64,000 nucleotides of DNA from contig CAZRXG010000001.1 of NCBI GenBank assembly GCA_964603985.1, positions 170,363 through 234,362 on the forward strand, given 5' to 3'. Of this stretch, positions 1 to 8,093 are shown piece by piece. Origin of the DNA: an uncultured Anaerolineae bacterium. GTDB lineage: Bacteria; Chloroflexota; Anaerolineae; Aggregatilineales; UBA3940. The position numbers were made by a program, and so were the translations under genes. Positions within the stretch are counted from its first letter, which is position 1. Each line of letters opens with the position of its first letter. The notes beneath the pieces were generated by a model that worked only from the letters and a program-made list of their open reading frames with translations, was not told the origin of the DNA and did no database searches.

Positions 1-1
1 C

Positions 2-142
2 ACCGTCATTGAGGACGCCAGCCGCCGGCGCTACGAACTGGAGACCGGCATGGGGATGGATGTGCAGGACTACGTCCAGAAGCCGGTCAGGCCAGGAGAA
101 TTGCTTCGGCGGATAGAAAAACTGTTGGAGAGCCATGCCTGA
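2..142 (+). CDS. response regulator receiver protein, C-terminal fragment (5' truncated by window)
   Basis: Manual translation TVIEDASRRRYELETGMGMDVQDYVQKPVRPGELLRRIEKLLESHA*; DYVQKP is the receiver-domain Lys-Pro motif; stop overlaps the next ATG. Confidence 0.8.
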   Translation, partial: TVIEDASRRRYELETGMGMDVQDYVQKPVRPGELLRRIEKLLESHA

Positions 143-1343
143 CAGAAGATCTCTTCCCCCATCCATCATTGCCGAGCGCCTGGGTCGCTCGGAGCTTTTT
201 GGCGACCTCTCCAAGGTGGATCTCGCTGCCATCGCCGAATTCTGCCGCGAAGAGATCTACCACGAGGGCGAGATCGTGCTGGTTGAGGACGAACCGGCAG
301 ATAGGTTGTTCATTGTTGAGCGGGGCAGGCTGGCACTGGAGAAGAAAATACAGATCGGTCGACACTCCACGTCGCGCAGCGCCACCATTGACTACGTTGG
401 CCCCGGAGAGACGGCTGGCTTTTCCACCCTGACCCCGCCCCACATTTACTCTACCTCGGCTGTCTGTGTCGAGCCAGTGCGGGTCATCGTGGCGGATGGC
501 GCGAAGCTGTTCGACTATCTACAGGCGCACCCGGCAGCCGGTCTCAAAGTGATGAACACTCTGGCCGCGCTGATCGGCAGCCGCTACCGCCACGCCACCA
601 ATACACTGACTTACTTCCTATCCATCGTTTCGCACGAACTGCGCTCACCGCTGGCCGCCATCGAAAACTATTTGCGGACCATGTTGGGCGGCTTTGTGGG
701 CGATCTCAACCCGAAGCAGGAGCGCATGGTGAAGCGCAGCATCTTGCGGGTGACCGACCTGACCGCCCAGATCGGCGACGTGGTGGATCTGGCCCGGATG
801 CGCCCGGAGCAGATCCAGACCGACTTCGAGTGGTTTGACCCCGGCGAGGTCGTGACGGAGGCCGTCGAGGATGTGCGGCTGGCGGCGTCAGAGAAGCAGA
901 TTTACATCAAGTTCGAAGGACCTGCACAGTTTGAGCCAATCGTCGGGGCGCGCAGACGTATGCGCCAGGCACTGACCAACCTGCTGACCAACGCGGTCAG
1001 ATACTCGCCGTCGGGCAGCAGGGTGCTCCTCCGCACCCGCTACGAGCCGGACTCGGTGATCTTTGAGGTGGAGGACGAAGGGCCGGGCATCTCGCCGGAG
1101 GATATGCCGCACATCTTCAAGGATTTCTACCGTGCCAGCAACGTCGGGGACGTTACGGGCATGGGCCTTGGGCTTTCGATTGCCAAGAAGATCGTTGATG
1201 CCCACGGGGGACAGATCGTGGTCAAGAACCTGGCTGACGAGGAAGAGGACCGGACCGGTACACGCTTCACCGTGACCATCCCACGCAACCTGATGACGCC
1301 GGAGATGCGGCGTCGGGAGTGGGCTGCAGAGGAGAACAAGTAG
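135..1343 (+). CDS. cyclic-nucleotide-binding domain sensor histidine kinase
   Basis: N-terminal cNMP-binding domain (YHEGEIVLVEDEPADRLFIVERG); H-box SHELRSPL, N-box LLTNAVRY, DEGPGI, GMGLGL; no TM segment. Confidence 0.9.
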   Translation: MPDRRSLPPSIIAERLGRSELFGDLSKVDLAAIAEFCREEIYHEGEIVLVEDEPADRLFIVERGRLALEKKIQIGRHSTSRSATIDYVGPGETAGFSTLTPPHIYSTSAVCVEPVRVIVADGAKLFDYLQAHPAAGLKVMNTLAALIGSRYRHATNTLTYFLSIVSHELRSPLAAIENYLRTMLGGFVGDLNPKQERMVKRSILRVTDLTAQIGDVVDLARMRPEQIQTDFEWFDPGEVVTEAVEDVRLAASEKQIYIKFEGPAQFEPIVGARRRMRQALTNLLTNAVRYSPSGSRVLLRTRYEPDSVIFEVEDEGPGISPEDMPHIFKDFYRASNVGDVTGMGLGLSIAKKIVDAHGGQIVVKNLADEEEDRTGTRFTVTIPRNLMTPEMRRREWAAEENK

Positions 1344-1408
1344 CGTCAATGTAGCAGTTTCCTTGTGCTCGCGAGCGACTAGTTGAAGACGGGTATAAGA
1401 ACCCCGCC

Positions 1409-4400
1409 ATGAACAACACACACTTGCCAAAGGAGAACCCCGCACACACCACGCAGTCACGCGTAGTTGGTGCCGTCATGGTGGTCGGCGGCGGCATCGC
1501 CGGGATGCAGGCTGCGCTGGACCTGGCCGATCAGGGCTTCAAGGTCTATCTGGTCGAGAAGCAGTCAGCCATCGGTGGGCATATGGCGCAGCTTGACAAG
1601 ACCTTTCCCACCAACGACTGTGCCATGTGCAGCATCAGCCCGAAGCTGGTGGACACCGGACGCCACCCCAACATCGAGATCCTGACCGGTACTGACGTTC
1701 TTGATGTTGAGGGGAAGAGCGGGGACTTCACCGTGACGCTGCGCCGGAGGCCGCGTTACATCGACGCGACCAAGTGCGTCGGCTGCGGTGACTGCGCTGA
1801 GGTGTGTCCGGTTTCGCTGCCCGACCCGTACGAAGAAGGGTTAAAAGACCGCCGGGCAGTTTATCGGCTGTACGCCCAGGCCGTTCCCACCGCCTACGCC
1901 ATCGAGAAGCTGGGCACCGCCCCCTGCCGGGGTGCCTGCCCCGCCGGACAGCGCGCGCAGGGCTACATTGCGCTGATCGCACAGGGACGCTACAGGGAAG
2001 CGCTGCGCGTCATCACCGAGGACAACCCCTTCCCCAGCGTTTGTGGGCGCACGTGCCACCACCCCTGCGAGGGACACTGCACGCGTGCCCTGGTCGATGA
2101 GCCGGTGAGCATCATGTCGCTCAAGCGCTTCGTGGTGGATTTTGCCCTGGCCTACGGGCGCGAGCCGGTCGAGCCTGCCCCGCGCACACAGCCCGAGTGG
2201 GTTGCCATCGTCGGCGCGGGGCCTGCCGGTCTGACTGCTGCCCACGACCTGGCGAAGATGGGATACGGCGTGACCGTCTACGAGGCGCTGCCGGTGGCTG
2301 GTGGTATGATGCGGGTCGGGATTCCGGCTCACCGGCTGCCCAAGGGCGTGCTTCAGCAGGACATCGATGACATTCTGGCCCTGGGCGTGATGCTCAAGAC
2401 CAACTCCCCGGTTAAAGATCCCACCGAGCTGCTTGAGCAGGGCTACGACGCGGTCTGCCTGGCGACCGGGATCTCGTCCCGCGACCACTCGCTGGGAATT
2501 GAAGGCGAGGACGCCGAAGGGGTGCTCTCGGCGGCTACCTTCCTGCGTAAGATCAACCTGGGAGAGCCGGTCACGGTCGGCGAGCGTGTGGCCGTGGTGG
2601 GCGGTGGAGTCACTGCCTTGGACGCGGCCTCGGTCGCCCGGCGGCTGGGCGCCACCGAGGTTTACGTGGCGCTCGACCGCCCGCGCGGTGAGCTGCCTGC
2701 CTACGAGCGAGAGGTTGCGGCCATTGAGGCGGAGGGCATCCACCTGCACGAGCGCGTCACCGCCACACGCATCCTGACCGAGAACGGCAAGGTAGTCGGG
2801 GTGGAGCTCGCCCAGACGGGCAAGGGGATGACGGTGGACGAGCAAGGACGCCGCCGCCCCAAGATCGAGCCCGGCACCGAGTTCACGCTCGAAGTTGATA
2901 CTGTCATCGGCACCGTGGGCCAGTTCTCGGACCTGTGCTTCCTTGACCAGCGCTTCGACGACCTGGAAGTGGACAAGGACACACTGGCGAGCCAGGTCCC
3001 CGGCCTGTTCGTGGTCGGTGGCCGTAAGACCGGGGCGAGCTTTATTATCGAGGCCGTGGCGCTCGGCCACCGGGTGGCAACCTCCATGCACCGCTACCTG
3101 CGAGGCGAGCCGCTGGATCGGGCCGATCCCCCGGCCCCACCCGTTTTGAAGTTCACCCGCGAGGAGTTGCTGGAGCGGGTGCAGAGCGGCGAGATCAGCC
3201 CGCAGCCGCGCGCCGAACCGGCCCTGTTGCCCATGGAGGAGCGGGTGACCAGCTTCCGCGAGGTCGTGCTGGGCCTGACCGAGCGTCAGGCGCGGGCCGA
3301 GGCGCAGCGCTGCATCCAGTGCGGGATCTGTTCGGAGTGCCTGGCCTGCGTGTACGCCTGCGGCGCCGACGCCATCGACCACAGCATGGTGGCCCAGGAG
3401 GAGCAGGTCAACGTGGGGGCGATTATCCTTGCTCCCGGCTACCAGGTCTACCACGCCGAGCTTTCCGAGGAGTACGGCTACGGGCGCTACCCCAACGTGA
3501 TCACCGCGCTCCAGTTCGAGCGGCTGCTTTCCGCCTCCGGCCCGACGATGGGCCACATCCAGCGCCCGTCCGACGGGCAGACGCCGGAGCGGATCGCCTT
3601 CTTGCAGTGCGTTGGCTCGCGCGATCAGAGCCACGACTACTGCTCGGCGGTGTGCTGCATGTACGCCACCAAAGAGGCCCTTATGGCCAAGGAGCACCAC
3701 CCCGACCTGGACATTCACGTCTTCATGATGGACATGCGTGCCTTTTCTAAGGGCTACTGGGGCTACTTTGAGACCGCGCGCGACCGCTACGGCGTGCAGT
3801 ACACCCGCTGTCGGCTCAGCGACGTGAAGGAGGACCCGCACACCCATAACCTGACTGTGCACTACCAGGACGAGGATGGAACGACCCACGACGAGACCTT
3901 TGGCATGGTTGTGCTGTCGGTCGGCATGGAGATTTCGGAGTCGGTGCGCGAGTTGGGGCGGCGGCTGGGTGTCGAGCTGGATGAGTACGGCTTCTGCCAC
4001 ACGGTACAGTTCAACCCGCTGGAAACCAGCCGCCCCGGCCTCTACGCCGTCGGGCCGTTCCGCGAGCCGAAGGACATCCCCGAGTCGGTTATCGAGGCCA
4101 GCGGGGCGGCGGCAGCGGCTGCCACGCGGCTCGGCTCGTCACGCTTCACGCTGACCACGACCCCTGAGTTCCCACCTGAGCGGGACATCAGCGGTGAGGA
4201 ACCGCGCATCGGTGTGTTCGTCTGCCACTGCGGTTCGAACATCGGCGGCTACCTCGACGTACCCTCCGTCGCCGGGTATGCGGCAACGCTGCCGGGCGTC
4301 GTCCACGCCGAGGATAACCTGTACTCCTGCTCGCAGGACAGTATTCGCCACATCGCCGAGCAGATCGAGGAGCACAATCTCAACCGGGTGGTGGTCGCCA

Positions 4401-5926
4401 GTTGCACGCCGATCACACACCAGCCGCTCTTCCGGGACTGCCTGCGGAGTGCCGGGCTGAACCCTTACCTGTTCGAGATGGCTAACATCCGCAACCAGTG
4501 CTCGTGGGTGCACTCGCATGACCAGGACATCGCCACGGACAAGGCCGAAGACCTGGTGCGGATGGCCGTCGCGCGCGCGGCGCTGCTTGAGCCGCAGCAG
4601 ACCTTCGAAGTGCCCATCCAGCATGCCGCGCTGGTGGTCGGTGGGGGGGCTGCCGGGATGACTGCCGCGCTCTCACTGGCCGGGCAGGGCTTCCCGGTTC
4701 ACCTGGTCGAGCGCGAGGCCGAACTGGGTGGCAATCTGCGTCACGTGTACAGTGCCATCGACGGCAAAGACCCGCAGCGCGTCCTGCGCCAACTCGTCGA
4801 GCAGGTCGGAGACGACCCTTTGATCACCGTTCACCTGGAGAGCGAGGTAGTCGCGTCGAGCGGCTTCATGGGCAACTTCACCAGCACGATTCGGCGTGCG
4901 GATGGGGGCCAGGCTGACATCCAACACGGGGTGATCATCCTGGCTACCGGCGCACAGGAGTACCGGGGGCCGGAGTACGGCTACGGCTCCGATCTGCGTA
5001 TCGTGACGCAGCAGGAATTTGAGGCCAGGATTGCAGAAGACGAAGATTTGCCCGCCTCGGTGGTGATGATCCAGTGCATCGGCCCTGCCGAGCATTTCTG
5101 CAGCCGCATCTGCTGCACGGTGGCGCTCAAGAACGCGCTCACACTGAAAAAGAAGAACCCGGACGCGCAGGTCGTGATCCTGTACAGGGACATCCGCACC
5201 TACGGCTTCAAGGAGCGGCTCTACACCGAAGCGCGCGAAAAGGGTGTGATCTTCGTGCGCTACGACGACGATCACCGACCGGTGGTCGAGGCGGACGGCG
5301 ATTTGAGAGTTCAGGCCTGGGACCCGGCCCTCAAGCAGCCACTTGTCCTGGAGCCGGACCTGCTGGTGCTGAGCATGCCGGTCGTGCCGCGCGACGACGT
5401 GCGCAAGCTGGCCGGGCTGTTCAAGGCCAACATCGACAACGACGGTTTCTTCCTGGAGGCGCACGTCAAGCTCCGCCCGGTCGACTTCGCCTCAGATGGG
5501 GTGTTCATGGCCGGGATGGCGCACTACCCCAAACTGCTGGACGAGGCTATGATTCAGGCGCAGGCCGCCGCCTCGCGGGCCGCACGGGTGCTCAGCCGCG
5601 AGACGTTGAAAGCGGGCGGGCGCGTGGCCGTAGTCGATCCGCTGATGTGCACCGGTTGTTTGACCTGCGTGCGGGTCTGTCCCTTCGGCGTGCCGCAGAT
5701 CAGGCGCGACCTGACCGGCGTGGGCGGTGTGGAGGGAGCGGCCTACATCGAGACCGCCGTGTGCCAGGGCTGTGGATCGTGCGTTGCCGAGTGCCCGGCG
5801 GGGGCGATCCAATTGATGCACTACACCGACGCGCAGTTGGCGGCCAAGGTTGGAGCACTCCTCGATCCGTCGATGGATTACGTGTCGCTTGGTCGGGCTG
5901 TGGCATCGGAGGGGAAGAAACGGTGA
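1409..5926 (+). CDS. hdrA: HdrL-type large heterodisulfide reductase subunit A: two HdrA FAD modules, an inserted GltD/NfnB-like NAD(P)H oxidoreductase module and ferredoxin motifs
   Basis: VVGGGIAG and DKTFPTNDCAMC (HdrA); CRGACP/CGRTCHHPCEGHC, VGAGPAG, VVGGGVTA (GltD-like); RIGVFVCHCGSNIG, second VVGGGAAG, C-terminal CxxCxxCxxxCP pairs. Confidence 0.9.
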   Translation: MNNTHLPKENPAHTTQSRVVGAVMVVGGGIAGMQAALDLADQGFKVYLVEKQSAIGGHMAQLDKTFPTNDCAMCSISPKLVDTGRHPNIEILTGTDVLDVEGKSGDFTVTLRRRPRYIDATKCVGCGDCAEVCPVSLPDPYEEGLKDRRAVYRLYAQAVPTAYAIEKLGTAPCRGACPAGQRAQGYIALIAQGRYREALRVITEDNPFPSVCGRTCHHPCEGHCTRALVDEPVSIMSLKRFVVDFALAYGREPVEPAPRTQPEWVAIVGAGPAGLTAAHDLAKMGYGVTVYEALPVAGGMMRVGIPAHRLPKGVLQQDIDDILALGVMLKTNSPVKDPTELLEQGYDAVCLATGISSRDHSLGIEGEDAEGVLSAATFLRKINLGEPVTVGERVAVVGGGVTALDAASVARRLGATEVYVALDRPRGELPAYEREVAAIEAEGIHLHERVTATRILTENGKVVGVELAQTGKGMTVDEQGRRRPKIEPGTEFTLEVDTVIGTVGQFSDLCFLDQRFDDLEVDKDTLASQVPGLFVVGGRKTGASFIIEAVALGHRVATSMHRYLRGEPLDRADPPAPPVLKFTREELLERVQSGEISPQPRAEPALLPMEERVTSFREVVLGLTERQARAEAQRCIQCGICSECLACVYACGADAIDHSMVAQEEQVNVGAIILAPGYQVYHAELSEEYGYGRYPNVITALQFERLLSASGPTMGHIQRPSDGQTPERIAFLQCVGSRDQSHDYCSAVCCMYATKEALMAKEHHPDLDIHVFMMDMRAFSKGYWGYFETARDRYGVQYTRCRLSDVKEDPHTHNLTVHYQDEDGTTHDETFGMVVLSVGMEISESVRELGRRLGVELDEYGFCHTVQFNPLETSRPGLYAVGPFREPKDIPESVIEASGAAAAAATRLGSSRFTLTTTPEFPPERDISGEEPRIGVFVCHCGSNIGGYLDVPSVAGYAATLPGVVHAEDNLYSCSQDSIRHIAEQIEEHNLNRVVVASCTPITHQPLFRDCLRSAGLNPYLFEMANIRNQCSWVHSHDQDIATDKAEDLVRMAVARAALLEPQQTFEVPIQHAALVVGGGAAGMTAALSLAGQGFPVHLVEREAELGGNLRHVYSAIDGKDPQRVLRQLVEQVGDDPLITVHLESEVVASSGFMGNFTSTIRRADGGQADIQHGVIILATGAQEYRGPEYGYGSDLRIVTQQEFEARIAEDEDLPASVVMIQCIGPAEHFCSRICCTVALKNALTLKKKNPDAQVVILYRDIRTYGFKERLYTEAREKGVIFVRYDDDHRPVVEADGDLRVQAWDPALKQPLVLEPDLLVLSMPVVPRDDVRKLAGLFKANIDNDGFFLEAHVKLRPVDFASDGVFMAGMAHYPKLLDEAMIQAQAAASRAARVLSRETLKAGGRVAVVDPLMCTGCLTCVRVCPFGVPQIRRDLTGVGGVEGAAYIETAVCQGCGSCVAECPAGAIQLMHYTDAQLAAKVGALLDPSMDYVSLGRAVASEGKKR

Positions 5927-6378
5927 CAGAAAATACCCGGCTGTATATTATCTCGTACTGCTGCGAGCATTGCGCCTACGCCGCAGCCGACCTCGCGGGC
6001 GGGCTGAGGATGCAGTATCCTCCGGAGGTCAGGATCGTCCTGCTGCCCTGCACGGGCAGGATCGACGTGCTGACGGTGCTGCGCGCCTTTGAGGATGGCG
6101 CCGACGGCGTGATGGTGGCCGGTTGACTGCCTGGGGACTGCCATTACCTGGAAGGTAATGCTAACGCCAGGCGCCGCGTAGAGCGCGTTAGGGAACTGCT
6201 GGCCCAGATTGGCCTGGAGCCAGAGCGGATGCAAATGTTCAATATGTCGGCTGCGATGGCGGGCGAATTTGTCGCCAGAGCAGAGGAGATGACCCAGCGG
6301 ATTGCGGCCCTGGGGCCGAGTCCTTTACACGTCACATCGATCACTTCATCGAAGATAAACACGGAGAGTAAAACATGA
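5923..6378 (+). CDS. mvhD: MvhD-family [2Fe-2S] protein, selenocysteine-containing (in-frame TGA at 6124-6126, codon 68)
   Basis: GTG overlaps hdrL stop; YCCEHCAY..PCTGRID..GADGVMVAG-TGA-LPGDCHYLEGN..GLEPERM; frame continues to a TGA overlapping the metV ATG; SECIS-like hairpin follows the TGA. Confidence 0.9.
6129..6172 (+). promoter_or_regulatory. bacterial SECIS element (candidate)
   Basis: Lower stem GCCTGG/CCAGGC, upper stem CATTACC/GGTAATG, apical loop TGGAA, starting 3 nt after the in-frame TGA. Confidence 0.8.
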
Positions 6379-7058
6379 TTGTTGCCGAACAAAAACCACT
6401 CGAGGAGATCAAGAAGCTCGTCGGAGACGCCGAAAAGGTGCTGGTTGTAGGATGCGGCACCTGTGTGACGGTCTGCTTCGCTGGCGGTTCGCGCGAGGCG
6501 GCCATTGTGGCGGCATCGCTGCGCATGGCCTCCAAGCTCGACGGCGGCGAGAAAGACGTCACCGACGTAACCGTCCAGCGCCAGTGCGAGTGGGAATACC
6601 TGGACGAGATCAAGGACGCAGTCGGCGAGGCCGACCTGGTGCTGTCGCTGGGCTGCGGGATCGGCGTGCAGGCGATAGCCGAGCACTTCCCCGACACCTG
6701 GGTCGTGCCCGGCCTGAACACCACCTTCCTGGGTTTGCCTGAGGAGCAGGGCATCTGGTCCGAACGCTGCGCGGCCTGCGGCGACTGCATCCTGGGGCTG
6801 ACGGGGGGCATCTGCCCCATCGCGCGTTGTTCCAAGTCGCTGCTTAACGGGCCGTGTGGTGGATCGGAGAACGGGCACTGTGAGATCGACCCCGACGTCC
6901 CCTGTGCCTGGCAGCTGATCTACGACCGGCTGAGCAGTATGGATAAGCTCGACGTTCTGCTGGAAATTCAACCCCCGAAAAACTGGAGCACCTCGCGTGA
7001 TGGTGGGCCGCGCAAGATCGTGCGCGAGGACCTGCGCCTGGTGTCGGAAGAGGAGTAG
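6375..7058 (+). CDS. metV: methylenetetrahydrofolate reductase Fe-S/Zn subunit MetV
   Basis: MIVAEQKPLEEI, GCGTCV, GCGIG, CAACGDC, GGICP, LLNGPCGG motifs; adjacent to metF. Confidence 0.9.
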   Translation: MIVAEQKPLEEIKKLVGDAEKVLVVGCGTCVTVCFAGGSREAAIVAASLRMASKLDGGEKDVTDVTVQRQCEWEYLDEIKDAVGEADLVLSLGCGIGVQAIAEHFPDTWVVPGLNTTFLGLPEEQGIWSERCAACGDCILGLTGGICPIARCSKSLLNGPCGGSENGHCEIDPDVPCAWQLIYDRLSSMDKLDVLLEIQPPKNWSTSRDGGPRKIVREDLRLVSEEE

Positions 7059-7061
7059 GCC

Positions 7062-8078
7062 ATGACCGCTGAAGCTAGCAGCAACGGGCATCTGGTTGGC
7101 TCAAACCTGGAGCGTGTGCTTCGGGCCGGGCACTTCGCCGTCACAGCCGAGCTTGGCCCTCCCCAGAGCGCCGACGGCGACGAGATACGCCACAAGGCCA
7201 CTTTGCTGCGGGGCAACTGCGACGCGGTGAACATCACCGATAACCAGACGGCAATCGTCCGCATGTCCAGCATTGCCGCCGGAGCCATCGTCGTGCAGGA
7301 GGGGCTGGAGCCAATCGTCCAGATGACCTGTCGCGACCGCAACCGCCTGGCGATCCAGAGCGACCTGCTGGGCGCGTACGCGCTGGGAATGCGCAACCTG
7401 CTGTGTCTCACCGGCGACCACCAGACCTTTGGCAACCACCCCACGTCCAGGAACGTGTTTGACATCGACTCGCTGCAACTGTTGCAGATGGTGACCGCCA
7501 TGCGCGACGACTGCGTCTTCCAGTGCGGTGACGCGTTCAAAGGGCAGGAGCCACGCTTCTTCATCGGCGCGGCGGCTGCGCCCTTTGCCGACCCGATTGA
7601 CTTCCGTCCCTACCGCCTGGCAAAGAAGGTCAAGGCCGGAGCGAACTTCATCCAGACCCAACTCGTCTACGACATCGAGGCGTTTGAGGAATACATGGCA
7701 AAGGTACGCGAGATGGGGCTGCACGAGCAACTTTACATCCTGGCCGGGGTTGGGCCGCTGAAAAGTCCGGGCATGGCCCGCTATATGAAGAACAGCGTCC
7801 CCGGCATCCTCGTCAAAGACGAGTACATCGAGCGGATGAAGGCTGCCGGTGAACCCTGGGCGGGGAAATCCAAGGACGAGATGACCCCGGAGGATAAAAA
7901 AGCTCGATCCGAGGCCTGGAAGCAGGAGGGCATCAACATCTGCGTCGAACTGATCCAGCGGCTGCGTGAAGTAGAAGGTGTGGCCGGTGTGCATATCATG
8001 GCGATTGAGTGGGAAGAGGCCGTCGAACCGATTGCCTCCGGTGCCGGTCTGCTGCCACGCCCCGAAGTATCCCTCTAG
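7062..8078 (+). CDS. metF: methylenetetrahydrofolate reductase catalytic subunit MetF
   Basis: VTAELGPP, NITDNQ, QMTCRDRNRLAIQ, LTGDH, FIQTQ, GVHIMA motifs. Confidence 0.93.
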   Translation: MTAEASSNGHLVGSNLERVLRAGHFAVTAELGPPQSADGDEIRHKATLLRGNCDAVNITDNQTAIVRMSSIAAGAIVVQEGLEPIVQMTCRDRNRLAIQSDLLGAYALGMRNLLCLTGDHQTFGNHPTSRNVFDIDSLQLLQMVTAMRDDCVFQCGDAFKGQEPRFFIGAAAAPFADPIDFRPYRLAKKVKAGANFIQTQLVYDIEAFEEYMAKVREMGLHEQLYILAGVGPLKSPGMARYMKNSVPGILVKDEYIERMKAAGEPWAGKSKDEMTPEDKKARSEAWKQEGINICVELIQRLREVEGVAGVHIMAIEWEEAVEPIASGAGLLPRPEVSL

Positions 8079-8093
8079 TCCTGGAGATGGCTC

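Noticed and set aside
1841-4000. 719-aa antisense ORF, and similar long shadow ORFs (e.g. 24479-26503, 33788-35236, 61042-62382, 17607-18860)
   Set aside because: They lie opposite or out of frame to well-supported genes, have no motifs, and are expected in high-GC DNA.
6124-6126. mvhD as a pseudogene with a nonsense mutation
   Set aside because: The stop falls exactly on the conserved Cys column, the downstream frame is intact, and a SECIS-like hairpin follows; recoding is the better explanation.
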